This document shows positions 40,841 through 50,739 of a stretch of DNA of 64,000 nucleotides, piece by piece. The notes under the pieces are model-generated. The model saw only the letters and a program-made list of their open reading frames with translations, had not been told where the DNA came from and searched no databases. Source of the stretch: an uncultured Candidatus Rokubacteria bacterium (GTDB lineage: Bacteria; Methylomirabilota; Methylomirabilia; Rokubacteriales; CSP1-6); the NCBI GenBank assembly GCA_963758635.1, contig CAVWWD010000007.1:288001-352000 (forward strand), given 5' to 3'. The translations under genes were made by a program, and so were the position numbers. Position 1 is the stretch's first letter. Each line of letters begins with the position of its first letter.

Positions 40841-41647
40841 TCACATCGCGTGACCGCCCCGGAGTGCGGTCACGAGATCCGGACGCAAGGCCACCGCCAC
40901 GCCGAGGAGCAGGAACGCTGCCCCGGTGGCGCGCGCGATCCATTCTCCCCGCGGCAGCAGCTTCTCCGCCGCCACCACCGCAGTGATGAGCAGCACCCAG
41001 GCGAGGCCCATCGCGCCCGCGGCCACGAGGACCACCATGAGCGCCCAGCAGCATCCGAGACAATACATCGCGTGGGCCCAGCCGAGGGCAAGACTGCCCC
41101 GGAGCCCCGCGCGCCAGTGGCCGAGCAGGAACCCCAGCGGGCTCCGGCACACGCGCAGGCACGACTGCTTGAGAGGCGATAGCTGGAACATCCCCGCGGC
41201 GACCAGGATGCCGGCGACGCCGTAGGCAAAGGCGCGCGGGGAGAGCGCCATCAGGCCGGTGTGGGCGAGGTACACCGGAACCCCGGACGCCGCCCACACC
41301 GCGAGGTACACGAGCGTGAACACCGCGACGGGCACGCCCCTCGTCGGTGTCGCGGCATCGCCCCGCTGCGTCGCGCCGTACAGGCCGATCATCGGGAGCG
41401 CGCTCGGGAGCATCATCGCCGTCATCATGACGCCCCAGCTCGCGACGAAGGCGATCCCGTCGGCCACCGTCAGCGGCATGAACATGGTCATCATCATGTC
41501 GGGGGCCCAGAGGCTCGACCGGATGACGTCGGCCCAGGCCACCGCGGCGATCAGGAGCAGACCGATCGAGGTGACGATCGCGGTCCGATCACGGGCGGCA
41601 TCGAGGGACTCGTGGGGCGCCGGCATCCGACGAGCGGAGGGACCCAT
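40841..41647 (-). CDS. DUF2182 predicted metal-binding integral membrane protein
   Basis: W..MMTAMMLPS, FQLSPLKQ.CL..CR.P, YCLGCCWALM. Confidence 0.88.
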   Translation of the reverse strand: MGPSARRMPAPHESLDAARDRTAIVTSIGLLLIAAVAWADVIRSSLWAPDMMMTMFMPLTVADGIAFVASWGVMMTAMMLPSALPMIGLYGATQRGDAATPTRGVPVAVFTLVYLAVWAASGVPVYLAHTGLMALSPRAFAYGVAGILVAAGMFQLSPLKQSCLRVCRSPLGFLLGHWRAGLRGSLALGWAHAMYCLGCCWALMVVLVAAGAMGLAWVLLITAVVAAEKLLPRGEWIARATGAAFLLLGVAVALRPDLVTALRGGHAM

Positions 41648-41778
41648 GGGCGCAGTCTACGCGGGGCGCGGAGGCAGAACAACGGCGCGGCGGGGAGCCG
41701 AGGAGAAGGTTCAGGGCGAGGCAGGCGATCATTGGATCGTCCTGGTGCTGCTCAGTTTGCGAACCGCCCGGGCGGTAA

Positions 41779-42816
41779 TCAGTAGCGCTCGGGCAGCGCG
41801 GTCCCCGTGTAGTAGGTCGAGGCGACGTCGCGGCCGGCGATACCCTGCGTGCCCTTGTACGCGTGCACGGCGGGGGCGAGGGGCCGGCGGCCGTCCAGCA
41901 TGAGCCAGAGCCGGAGCAGGTGCCGCTTCCGCGCGGGATCGGGGCCGTCCTCGAACGCCGTGCGGTTGTGAAGCATCGTGCAGTTGTTGAAGAAGATGAC
42001 CTCGCCGCGCCCGAGCGTGAACTCGAGCTTGACGTCGGCGCGGCGCGACACCTCCTCGAACGCGTCCAGCGCCGCGAGCTCGCGCTCGGTGAACGGCTGG
42101 CCGAGATCCTTGGCCGCCATCTCGATGTACGCGCGCAGGAACACCACGCTGAGCTCGCCTTCCCACTCGGACAGGACGGGCACCGGCGCGGCCGTGATCG
42201 GCGGCTCCCCGGGCAGCTCCTCGCCGCGGCGGTGGTACCGGAACCCGGCGAAGAGCGGCTCGAGCAGGTCGGGTCGCGTGGCGAGAATCTCGTTGTACAC
42301 GGTGTGGGCGCTCGCGTAGCCGCTCACGCCCCCGCGCATCGCCGGCTCGAGGCAGGCCATCCCGATCACGTCGCAGCGGTCGGTGTGCAGCGTCAGCTCG
42401 CGGCTGTTCCGATACGCGCGCTCGCGGCGGTCCTGGCCGCCCACGTCGGTGACGTGGCCGATGCGGTCGCCCATCGAGCTCTGGGACACCGCCCGGCCGA
42501 TGTGCGCGCCCAGGCCCCAGAAGATGGCGGTGAGCCGCTCCGGGGAGTAGCCGTCGAGGCCGCGCAGGACGACGAAGCCACGGCCGCCGAGCACCTCGTC
42601 GCGCCAGGCCGCCACGTCGGGGGCGAGGTCGCCGAGCGCGAAGTCCGCGGCGGACATCTCCTCGGGCGGGCGCCGGTCTGCGCCGGCGGCGGCGAGCGCG
42701 CGGTCGAGGCCGGCGCGCTGGACGGGCGTGAGCGTCACCGAGTAGGCGTCGGGCCCGGCGAAGTCGGCGGGGCGCCACGCGCTCGGGCCGGTCACGGGGA
42801 TGCGGGTCGCGATCAT
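41779..42816 (-). CDS. TauD/TfdA family Fe(II)/2-oxoglutarate dioxygenase
   Basis: GRGFVVLRG, LHTDRCD (HxD), NN..MLHNR..F.D, RHLLRLWL. Confidence 0.9.
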   Translation of the reverse strand: MIATRIPVTGPSAWRPADFAGPDAYSVTLTPVQRAGLDRALAAAGADRRPPEEMSAADFALGDLAPDVAAWRDEVLGGRGFVVLRGLDGYSPERLTAIFWGLGAHIGRAVSQSSMGDRIGHVTDVGGQDRRERAYRNSRELTLHTDRCDVIGMACLEPAMRGGVSGYASAHTVYNEILATRPDLLEPLFAGFRYHRRGEELPGEPPITAAPVPVLSEWEGELSVVFLRAYIEMAAKDLGQPFTERELAALDAFEEVSRRADVKLEFTLGRGEVIFFNNCTMLHNRTAFEDGPDPARKRHLLRLWLMLDGRRPLAPAVHAYKGTQGIAGRDVASTYYTGTALPERY

Positions 42817-42841
42817 GACGGGGCCTCCGTCGTCCGGCGGG

Positions 42842-44221
42842 TCACACCATCGGCCAGCGCGAGCGCGGGAACGCCACGCCGGTCCGCGCGAGCAGGCGCT
42901 CGCCGATCTCCTGCACCTTCGCGTACAGGCGTCCCTCGTCCACGAAGGACTGCCGGTGGGCGTCGACCACGACCCGTCCATCGACCACGACGGTGTGGAT
43001 GCTGCGGCCGTCCGCGTTGTAGACGAGGTTGTTGACGGGGTTCCAGAGGGCCTGCCACTCCGGCCGCTGGGTGTCGAACAGCACGAGGTCCGCGCGCTTG
43101 CCCACCTCGATCGAGCCCAGGTCCTCGCCCACGCCGAGCGCTTCCGCCCCCGTCCGCGTGGCCATCTCCAGCGCGGCCTCCGCGGGCACCTGGCGCATGT
43201 CCTGGCGCGCGTCCTTGTACTGGATCGCCGCCATGTTCATGGTGCGCACCATGTCGAGGTGGTTCGAGTTGTTCGGCGAGTCGCACCCGAGGGCCACCTT
43301 CACGCCGGCGGCGAGCAGCTCCGGCATGCGGCCGTTCTCCGGCACGCCGCGCGCGCCCTTGGCCGCGGTCACCGGGCACATCGCCACCGTGGCCCCGGTG
43401 CGCGCCATGCACGCGATCTCCGCGTCGTCCACGCCCAGCGCGTGGGCCAGGCAGACGTTCGGGCCGAGCACGCCGATCGACTCCAGGTACTCGGTGGGCG
43501 TCCGGCCGTGGCGCGCCTGGGAGTCGGCGCGGGCCTTCGCCCCGCTGCCGTGGTGCAGGGTGAGGCTCGTCCCGTGCTGGTCGACCACGCGCTTGAGGCC
43601 CTGCAGCAGCTCCGCCGTGCACGTCTCGGGCGAGAACGGCATGGCCCACGCGCGGATCCGGCCGTCGAGGCGCCCGTGCCACTTGCCGATGAACGCATCC
43701 GAGCGCGCGATGGCGTCCTTCGTGGCGTGGCGGGGCAGGGTGAACGGGGCGTCGAGGTCGGTCACGCACTCGCCCAGGATGACGCGGATGCCCGCGTCGG
43801 TGTACGCCTGCAGGCACGCGTCGGGGAACTTCGTGCTGCCCGGGTCCACGAAGCACACCGTGCCGTTCTTGACGAGCTCCACGAGGCCGAGGAGCGTGGA
43901 GTGGTACTCCTCCTCCTCGGTCATCGCCGTCTGGAGCTTGAAAACGTGCGCGAGGGGGCTGCCCACGTCGTCCGGGAAGATGCCGCGCACCACGTGCGCG
44001 TAGCTGATGTGCATGTGGCCGTTGACGAAGCCCGGGGTGACGACGAGGTGGCGCGCGTCGATCACCCGGTCGGCGCGGACGCCGGCGAGGTCCGCGGCCT
44101 TGCCGACCTGACGGATGCGGCCGCCCTCCACGACGATCGCGGCGTCCTGGATGATCCGCCGGTCGTGGTCGACGGTGATGGCGTACCGCGCGTGGTCGAT
44201 CTTGAGGCTCTGGTCGGGCAT
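42842..44221 (-). CDS. Amidohydrolase family protein (MtaD/SsnA-like)
   Basis: PGFVNGHMH, LAHA, ALGCD, MAT..GA.ALG, GSIEVGKRADL. Confidence 0.9.
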   Translation of the reverse strand: MPDQSLKIDHARYAITVDHDRRIIQDAAIVVEGGRIRQVGKAADLAGVRADRVIDARHLVVTPGFVNGHMHISYAHVVRGIFPDDVGSPLAHVFKLQTAMTEEEEYHSTLLGLVELVKNGTVCFVDPGSTKFPDACLQAYTDAGIRVILGECVTDLDAPFTLPRHATKDAIARSDAFIGKWHGRLDGRIRAWAMPFSPETCTAELLQGLKRVVDQHGTSLTLHHGSGAKARADSQARHGRTPTEYLESIGVLGPNVCLAHALGVDDAEIACMARTGATVAMCPVTAAKGARGVPENGRMPELLAAGVKVALGCDSPNNSNHLDMVRTMNMAAIQYKDARQDMRQVPAEAALEMATRTGAEALGVGEDLGSIEVGKRADLVLFDTQRPEWQALWNPVNNLVYNADGRSIHTVVVDGRVVVDAHRQSFVDEGRLYAKVQEIGERLLARTGVAFPRSRWPMV

Positions 44222-44399
44222 GGCGGGGGACGGCCTCCTGGCGCTGGGGTGCGGAGAGCATGGCATCCCCGCGGGCCGCGCGCAAGACGCGCGCCGGCGG
44301 CCGCGGCGCGCGATCGGGCCGCCGCGGCGCGCGCGGCCGCGGTATGCTACCCGACGCGGAGCGGCCCGCACAGGCGCTCACCGCCCAAGGAGGCCGGTC

Positions 44400-44720
44400 A
44401 TGTTCTTCGAGCTGCGGCAGTACCACATCCGTCCCGGGCAGCAGGCGAGCTGGGTGAAGTGCATGGAGGAGGAGATCATCCCGTTCCAGGTGAAGATGGG
44501 CATGGTGATCCTCGGCAGCTTCGTCGGAGAGGAGGACGCGAGCGTCTACGTGTGGATCCGCCGGTTCGAGAGCGAGCCCGAGCGCAAGCGCCTCTACGAC
44601 GCCGTGTACCAGAGCGACTACTGGAAGAACGAGATCGCGCCGCGGGTCGGGACGATGATCGACCGCGAGCAGATCAAGGTCACCCGGCTGACGGCCACGC
44701 CGCACTCCGTCATCCAGTAG
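44400..44720 (+). CDS. NIPSNAP family protein
   Basis: FELRQY.I.PG, YVWIRRF.SE, L.ATP.S; AAGGAGG RBS. Confidence 0.88.
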   Translation: MFFELRQYHIRPGQQASWVKCMEEEIIPFQVKMGMVILGSFVGEEDASVYVWIRRFESEPERKRLYDAVYQSDYWKNEIAPRVGTMIDREQIKVTRLTATPHSVIQ

Positions 44721-44751
44721 CCGCGCCGACGCCCGCTCAAGGAGGCTTCTC

Positions 44752-45252
44752 ATGGATGCGAACGACAAGAAGACCGCGCTGCGCATGATCCCCTACGGCC
44801 TCTACGTGCTCACCGCCGAGAGCAAGAGCGGCACCGCCGCGGCCACCGTGAACTGGGTGACGCAGGTGTCCTTCGTTCCCGCGCTGGTCGCGGTGGGCGT
44901 GAAGGCCGACTCGGGGGCGCACGGCATCATCAAGGAGTCGGGATCCTTCGCCCTCAACGTGCTCGGCAAGGGCCAGCAGGCCCTCGCGTACACGTTCTTC
45001 AAGCCCGCCGACCGCCAGGGCTCGACGATCTCGGGCGAGGCGTTTCGCGCGGGGGCGACCGGCTCGCCCATCCTCGCGAGCACGCCCGCCTACGTCGAGT
45101 GCCGGCTGGTGGAGACGGTCGAGAAGGGCGATCACTCCGTGTTCATCGGCGAGGTGGTGGAGGCCGGCGTGGCCAAGGCCCCCGAGGGCCGCGCCGACGA
45201 CGCGACGCTCTGGCTCAAGGACCTGGGCGACAAGGTCTTCTACGGCGGGTAG
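44752..45252 (+). CDS. Flavin reductase family protein
   Basis: IPYGLYVLT, WVTQVSF.P, FALNVL, GDHSVFIGEV, YGG. Confidence 0.92.
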   Translation: MDANDKKTALRMIPYGLYVLTAESKSGTAAATVNWVTQVSFVPALVAVGVKADSGAHGIIKESGSFALNVLGKGQQALAYTFFKPADRQGSTISGEAFRAGATGSPILASTPAYVECRLVETVEKGDHSVFIGEVVEAGVAKAPEGRADDATLWLKDLGDKVFYGG

Positions 45253-45359
45253 GGACCACCTCGGCCGCGGCGCGGCCCGGGGGCGCCGGACGGCTCTCCC
45301 GGGCCGCCGCTCACGCGCGGTCGCGGGCAAGCGCGCGCGCCTCGCCCGGCAGACCGCTC

Positions 45360-45755
45360 TCACGCGTACATCGGCTGGGCGTCCACGAGGCGCAGCCAGC
45401 CACGGACCACCCGGTAGACGAACCACAGGCCGACCACGGCGAGGGGCAGCCACGCGATGATCATCCCGATGCCGAGCGTGGCCACGACGAAGGCCATGCA
45501 GACGCCGGCCCAGAGCAGGCCGAACCAGAACGTGCGGATCTGCCAGCGGAAGTGGGAGTCGAGCCAGGTGCCGCGCGCCTCGCTCCGCTTCACGTAGTTC
45601 AGGATCACGGCGATGATCGACGGCCACCCGGTCAGGAACGCGCCGACGATGGTGGCCGCGCCGATGATGCCGGTGAGGAGGCTCAGCGCGTGAAGCGCGT
45701 AGATCGCGTGCGTGAGCGTGACGAGCGACGGGTTCGGCGCGGCGGGGACGCTCAC
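45360..45755 (-). CDS. DUF4870-like small membrane protein
   Basis: IYAL, I.NYVKR, SHFRWQIRTFW, W..YR..RGW. Confidence 0.8.
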   Translation of the reverse strand: MSVPAAPNPSLVTLTHAIYALHALSLLTGIIGAATIVGAFLTGWPSIIAVILNYVKRSEARGTWLDSHFRWQIRTFWFGLLWAGVCMAFVVATLGIGMIIAWLPLAVVGLWFVYRVVRGWLRLVDAQPMYA

Positions 45756-45789
45756 GGCCGGGCCACCGGCGGCGGCGGGGCCGCCGCGC

Positions 45790-46968
45790 TCATGCCCCCG
45801 CGCGCGCCTTCCGGAACGCGCGCTCGAAGCCGGGGAGCGCGCGCGCCACGGTGTCGCGCGTCACGGTGAGGGAGATGCGCATGTGCCCCGACATGCCGAA
45901 GCCCGAGCCGGGCACGGTGAGCACGTTCTCCTCGGCGAGCATCCGCACGAACGCCACGTCATCCGGGATGGGCGTGCGCGGGAACACGTAGAAGGCGCCG
46001 CTCGGCTTCACGCACTCGTAGCCGATCCGGGTGAGGCCCTCGTACATGAGGTCGCGCTTGTCCCGGTACGGCGCGACGTCGATCACCTGGTCCCCCACCT
46101 CGGCCACCACCCACTGCCAGAGCGCGGGGGCGTTGACGAACCCGAGCACCCGGCTCGTGAACGTGCACGCCTCGAAGATCTCGGCCGCCTCCGGCATGCG
46201 CGGCGAGAACGCGAGGTAGCCGATCCGCTCGCCGGGAATGGCGAGCGACTTCGACCACGAGGTGGCGATGATGGCTCGGGTCACGAGCGGCGGCACCTCC
46301 GGCGGCATCACGTCGTCGAACACGAGGGCCCGGTACGGCTCGTCGCTGATCAGCACGATCGGGCGCCCGACCCGCGCGAGGAGCGCCTCGATCTCCTCGA
46401 ACGCGGACGCCGGGTAGATCACGCCGCTCGGGTTGTTGGGCGAGTTGACGAGGATGGCCTTCGTCCGCGGGGTGATCGCGGCCTCGATCCGGGCCACGTC
46501 GGGCGTCAGGTCGGCCCGGGGCGGCACGACGACGAGCCGGCCCCCGTGGTTCTCCGCGTAGTACACGTACTCGACGAAGAACGGCGCGACGGTGATGACC
46601 TCGTCGCCGGGGTCGAGAAGCGCCTTGAGCACGATGTTCAGCGCCGCGCCCGCGCCCACCGTCATGATCACGTGGCCCGCCGTGTACGGCAGCCCGGTGG
46701 CCACGCTCAGCCGTCGCGCCACCGCCTCGCGCACCGCGACGTGGCCCGCGTTCGGCATGTAGGCGTGCAGGTGGCGCTCGGGGCTGTCGAGCACCCGCCG
46801 GGCGGCGGCGAGCACGGCGGGCGGCGGCTCGATCTCCGGGTTGCCCAGCGTGAAGTCGAAGACCTTGTCCGCGCCGCGCTCCTGCTTCAGGCGGGCGCCC
46901 TCCTCGAACATGCGGCGGATCCAGGATGCCTTCTTGAGGTTCTCGCTGACGGCGCCGGCGATGATCAT
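45790..46968 (-). CDS. PLP-dependent aminotransferase class I/II
   Basis: SWIRRMFEEG, FDFTLGNP, NSPNNPSG, ISDEPY, SWSKSL..PGERIGY. Confidence 0.93.
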   Translation of the reverse strand: MIIAGAVSENLKKASWIRRMFEEGARLKQERGADKVFDFTLGNPEIEPPPAVLAAARRVLDSPERHLHAYMPNAGHVAVREAVARRLSVATGLPYTAGHVIMTVGAGAALNIVLKALLDPGDEVITVAPFFVEYVYYAENHGGRLVVVPPRADLTPDVARIEAAITPRTKAILVNSPNNPSGVIYPASAFEEIEALLARVGRPIVLISDEPYRALVFDDVMPPEVPPLVTRAIIATSWSKSLAIPGERIGYLAFSPRMPEAAEIFEACTFTSRVLGFVNAPALWQWVVAEVGDQVIDVAPYRDKRDLMYEGLTRIGYECVKPSGAFYVFPRTPIPDDVAFVRMLAEENVLTVPGSGFGMSGHMRISLTVTRDTVARALPGFERAFRKARAGA

Positions 46969-47071
46969 TGCCGAAGTATAGGCCACGATCGCGCTCCGCG
47001 GCGGCCGTGGCTCGCCGTGGGCCGCGCCGCGCCGGGCGCCGCGGGGAACATGGCGCCGGTACAATCGACGC

Positions 47072-47983
47072 ATGGTGCCCTTGCTCGAGGCGCGAGCGCT
47101 GGCCAAGCGGCTGGGCGGCCGGCGGGTCGTCGACGGCGTGGACCTCGTGTGCCGCGCGGGCGAGATCCACGGCCTCCTCGGGCCCAACGGCGCGGGGAAG
47201 ACCACGACCCTGCGCATGCTCTACGGCTTCCTGACCCCGGACGAGGGCGAGATCCGATTCGAGGGTCAGGCCGTCGGCCGGCACCTGGCGCGCGTCAAGC
47301 GCCACGTGGGGGTGTCCACCCAGGAGGACACCCTCGACGTGGACTTCACGGTGCGGCAGAACCTCGAGATCGCCGCCGAGTACTTCCGGCCCCGGCCCGC
47401 GCGCCTGCGCGAGCGCGTGGAGGAGCTGATGGCCCGGTTCGCCCTGGCGCAGTACGCGCGCCACCGGCCGGAGGAGCTGTCGGGCGGGTACCGGCGACGG
47501 CTCATGCTGGCGCGCTCGATCGTGCACCGGCCGCGGCTGCTCTTCCTGGACGAGCCCACCACCGGGCTCGATCCGCAGGCGCGCGTGGGCGTGTGGGAGC
47601 TGGTCGACGGGCTTCGCGCCGACGGGCTCGGCATCGTCCTCACCACGCACTACATGGACGAGGCGGAGCGGCTGAGCGACGTGCTCACCGTGCTGGCCCG
47701 CGGCCGCGTGGTCGCCAACGGCACGCCGAAGAGCGTGCTCGGCGACCTCGTGGGCGAGCACGTCGTGGTCGTGGACGCCCAGGCCGCGGCGGCCGGCGGC
47801 CTTCCGGCGTGGCTGGCCCGCCACGGCCGCCCCGATCCCGCCAACGTGCTCGGGGCGTGGCACCTGCCGCTCTCCGGCGAGGCCCTGGGCGACTTCGCGC
47901 GCGCGTTCCCGGACCTCCGCTACGAGGTGCGGCTGCCGACGCTCGACGACCTGTTCCTCAAGCGGGCGCTGGACCCATGCTGA
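47072..47983 (+). CDS. ABC-2 exporter ATP-binding protein (NodI-like)
   Basis: GPNGAGKTT, LSGG..RR, LDEPTTGLDPQAR, TTHYMDEAE. Confidence 0.92.
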   Translation: MVPLLEARALAKRLGGRRVVDGVDLVCRAGEIHGLLGPNGAGKTTTLRMLYGFLTPDEGEIRFEGQAVGRHLARVKRHVGVSTQEDTLDVDFTVRQNLEIAAEYFRPRPARLRERVEELMARFALAQYARHRPEELSGGYRRRLMLARSIVHRPRLLFLDEPTTGLDPQARVGVWELVDGLRADGLGIVLTTHYMDEAERLSDVLTVLARGRVVANGTPKSVLGDLVGEHVVVVDAQAAAAGGLPAWLARHGRPDPANVLGAWHLPLSGEALGDFARAFPDLRYEVRLPTLDDLFLKRALDPC

Positions 47984-48826
47984 CCGCGGGCGACGCGCCC
48001 GCGCGCCCGTCGCCGCTGCCCGGCTGGCTCACGGCGGCGTTCGACTGGCAGAGCCGGGCGGTGGTCCGCCGCCACATGAGCGTGTACCTCCGGAACTGGC
48101 ACACCGCGTTCCTGCCGCCCGCGGTGGAGCCGGTCACGATGCTGCTCGCCTTCGGCCTCGGGCTCGGCGGCTACGTCGACCGCGTGCCGTGGCAGGGCGA
48201 GCGCATCGACTACCTGAGCTTCGTGGCCCCCGGGCTCCTCGCGTACGCCACGTACATGTCGGCGGTGTTCCAGTCCCTCTACGGCGCCTTCATCCGGATG
48301 CGGTACCAGAAGACCTGGGAAGGCCAGCTCACGACGCAGGTCGAGCTCCGGCACGTGGTGTGGGGCGAGGTGCTGTGGGCCGCGCTGCTCGCGACCAGCT
48401 ACGTCGCGATCGTCGCGATCGTGCTCACCGCGTTCACGGTGGCGGGCCTCGTGAGCCTGGATCTCGCCTGGCTCCCCGTCACGCTGCCCATCGCCTTCGT
48501 CGCGGCGTGCGCCTTCGGCGCCTTCGGGCTCCTCTTCACCGCGGTCATGCCGACGATCGACCACATGAACATCCCCGTGTTCCTCGTCGTCATCCCGATG
48601 GGCCTGCTCTCCGGCACGTACTTCCCCGATCCAGCATCCGGCGCTCGCCGCGCTGTCCCAGCTGAACCCCGTGTACCACCTGGCCCAGGGCTATCGCGGC
48701 CTGCTCCTCGGCGGCCCCGTGCTCGTCCACCTGGCGAGCCTGCTCGCGCTGTCGGCGGTGATCGTGTCCGTGCTCGTGCCGCTCGACCTGCGACTGCTCC
48801 GGCGGCGCGTGCTGGGGGACGAGTGA
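47977..48826 (+). CDS. ABC-2 exporter permease (NodJ-like); frameshift near 48625
   Basis: EP...LLAFGLGLG, YLSFVAPG, RM.YQKT, GEVLWA, PM.LLSGTYFP, then LNPVYH in the shifted frame. Confidence 0.87.
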
Positions 48827-48851
48827 ACCGCGCGCGCCGTAAGCTTCCAGC

Positions 48852-50541
48852 ATGAGCACTGTGCTGACCGTGCTGACCCACGCGCGTGGGCGAGCCGGGG
48901 TGACGCTGATCGTGCTGTTCGCGATCTGCGTGACCACATCGGCCCTCGCCCAGCCCGCCACCAAGCCCGACGGCCCGCCCGCCACGAAGCCGGACCCCCG
49001 GCGACCTCCGAAGCCCGACGGCGTGCCGGCAGCGAAGCCCGATGCGTCGCCCGCGCCAAAGTCCGAGGAGCCGTCCGCGAAGCCGCCCGACGCGTCGTCC
49101 GCACGTCCCGTGGACGCGTTTCTCGATGCCGACCGCGTGATGGCGTCACTGAACCGCGCGCTCGCCTGGTACCGCCAGGCGCGCATCGTCATGCGCTCCA
49201 TCGCGAGCATGGGGGTGTTCGCCCGCGCCGACGAGCAGACGGCCCTCCGGCTCCTCGGCCGCGCGTTCGACGCGGCACGGGCGGAGGCCGCGCTGATGGG
49301 CCGCGAGATGAGCGGTGCGGCCAGTCCGCAAGGACGCCGGGCCGAGGAGCGGGCGAAGCTACAGGCCAGCATCCGCACTGGCGAGGAACGGCTCGAGCGG
49401 CTCCGCGCCCGCCTCCGCGCCGCGCCTCCGCGCGAGCGGCGGGGGCTCGAGCAGGGGGCGGCGGCGGCCGCGAACACGCTCGAGCTGGAACGCGCGCGCC
49501 TCGAGTTCGTCACCCAGATGCAGGAACTCGATGCGTCGCTGGCCGGCTCGGACGACGACCTCGATCACCAGATCGCGGCGCTCCGGGAGTCGGTTCCCGA
49601 GCTGCGCACCGCCGATCCCCCCGCCGTGCCCGGAGCCGCGCTGAGCACCAGCGCGGGGACGTGGGTCCTCCTGCAGCGCTTGATCGGCTTGTGGCGCAGC
49701 CGGCGCAGTCTCGAGGAGCTGCGCGAGGCGACGATGGAGCTCGGGCGCGGGATCGACGAGGACATGAAATCTGTCCGCGCGACGGTCCGCCCCATCAACG
49801 CGCGCCTGCGGGCGCTCGCCAAGGACCCGGCAGAGGCGGGAGCCTCACTGGCCGACAGTACGCGACAGTTTCGCGAGCTGCTGGAGCGTCGGAAGGCCCT
49901 GGGCGCGGTGATCCTGCCGCTGCGCGAGCAGGCTGCCCTCGCCCGACGGTATGCCTCCGATCTGCAGGGCTGGAAGGAGGCGGTGGACCGCGAGTCTCGT
50001 CAGGCTCTCCAGGCCCTCGGCCTCGACCTGCTGGGCGTGGTCGCCGCGCTCGCCGTCGTGCTCATCGGCGGGGCCCTGTGGCGGATCGCCACGCTCCGGT
50101 ACGTCACCGACCCCGCCCGCCGTCGTCTACTTGCTGACGGCGCGCAGCGTGGTCGTCGTGGTGGCGCTCGGCCTCGTGGTGGTGTTCCACTTCACGAGCG
50201 AGATCGCCGCCCTCGTGACCGTCCTCGGCTTCGCGGCAGCCGGCATCGCGTTCGCGCTCCAGAACGTCATCCTCGCCGTGGCTGGCTACTTCACCATGGT
50301 GGCGCCGAACGGCATCCGCGTGGGCGACCAGGTCAGCCTCCAGGGACCGTTCGGGTACGTACACGGCGAGGTGTCGGAGATCGGCCTGACGCGCGTCAAG
50401 CTCCGCGAGCTGGGGGGCGATCCCCTGCGGCCCACCGGCCGCGTGGTCGTCTTTCCGAACTCGGTGGTCTTCACGGGGACCTTCTTCAAGGAGCCGCCGG
50501 GAGGATCGCCGGCAGGGGACAACGTCAGGCCGACGCCGTGA
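48852..50541 (+). CDS. MscS-family mechanosensitive channel with long N-terminal helical domain; frameshift near 50125
   Basis: LGFAAAGIAFALQNVI, IRVGDQV, G.V.EIGL, TGRVVVFPNS. Confidence 0.82.
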
Positions 50542-50739
50542 CGCGGAAGCGCCAGGGGTCGCCCGTGCCGGACGACGTGGCCGGCCACCGGATGGTGGAA
50601 GTGCTCATGCCGAGCACGAGGCACGAGCACCGGTCAGACATCCGACGGGCGAGCCCGGCGCCGCTGAGAGCGAAACCGGCGACTGCCGCATTGGCAGTCG
50701 CCGGTTGGAAACGCCGGGCGATGAGTCTTTGCGAGCGCT

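Noticed and set aside
40812..40844. Another relay mini-ORF between DUF2182 and DUF1326
   Set aside because: The GTGA start has the right phase but the next gene begins ATGG, so there is no overlapping stop; a counter-example to the relay pattern
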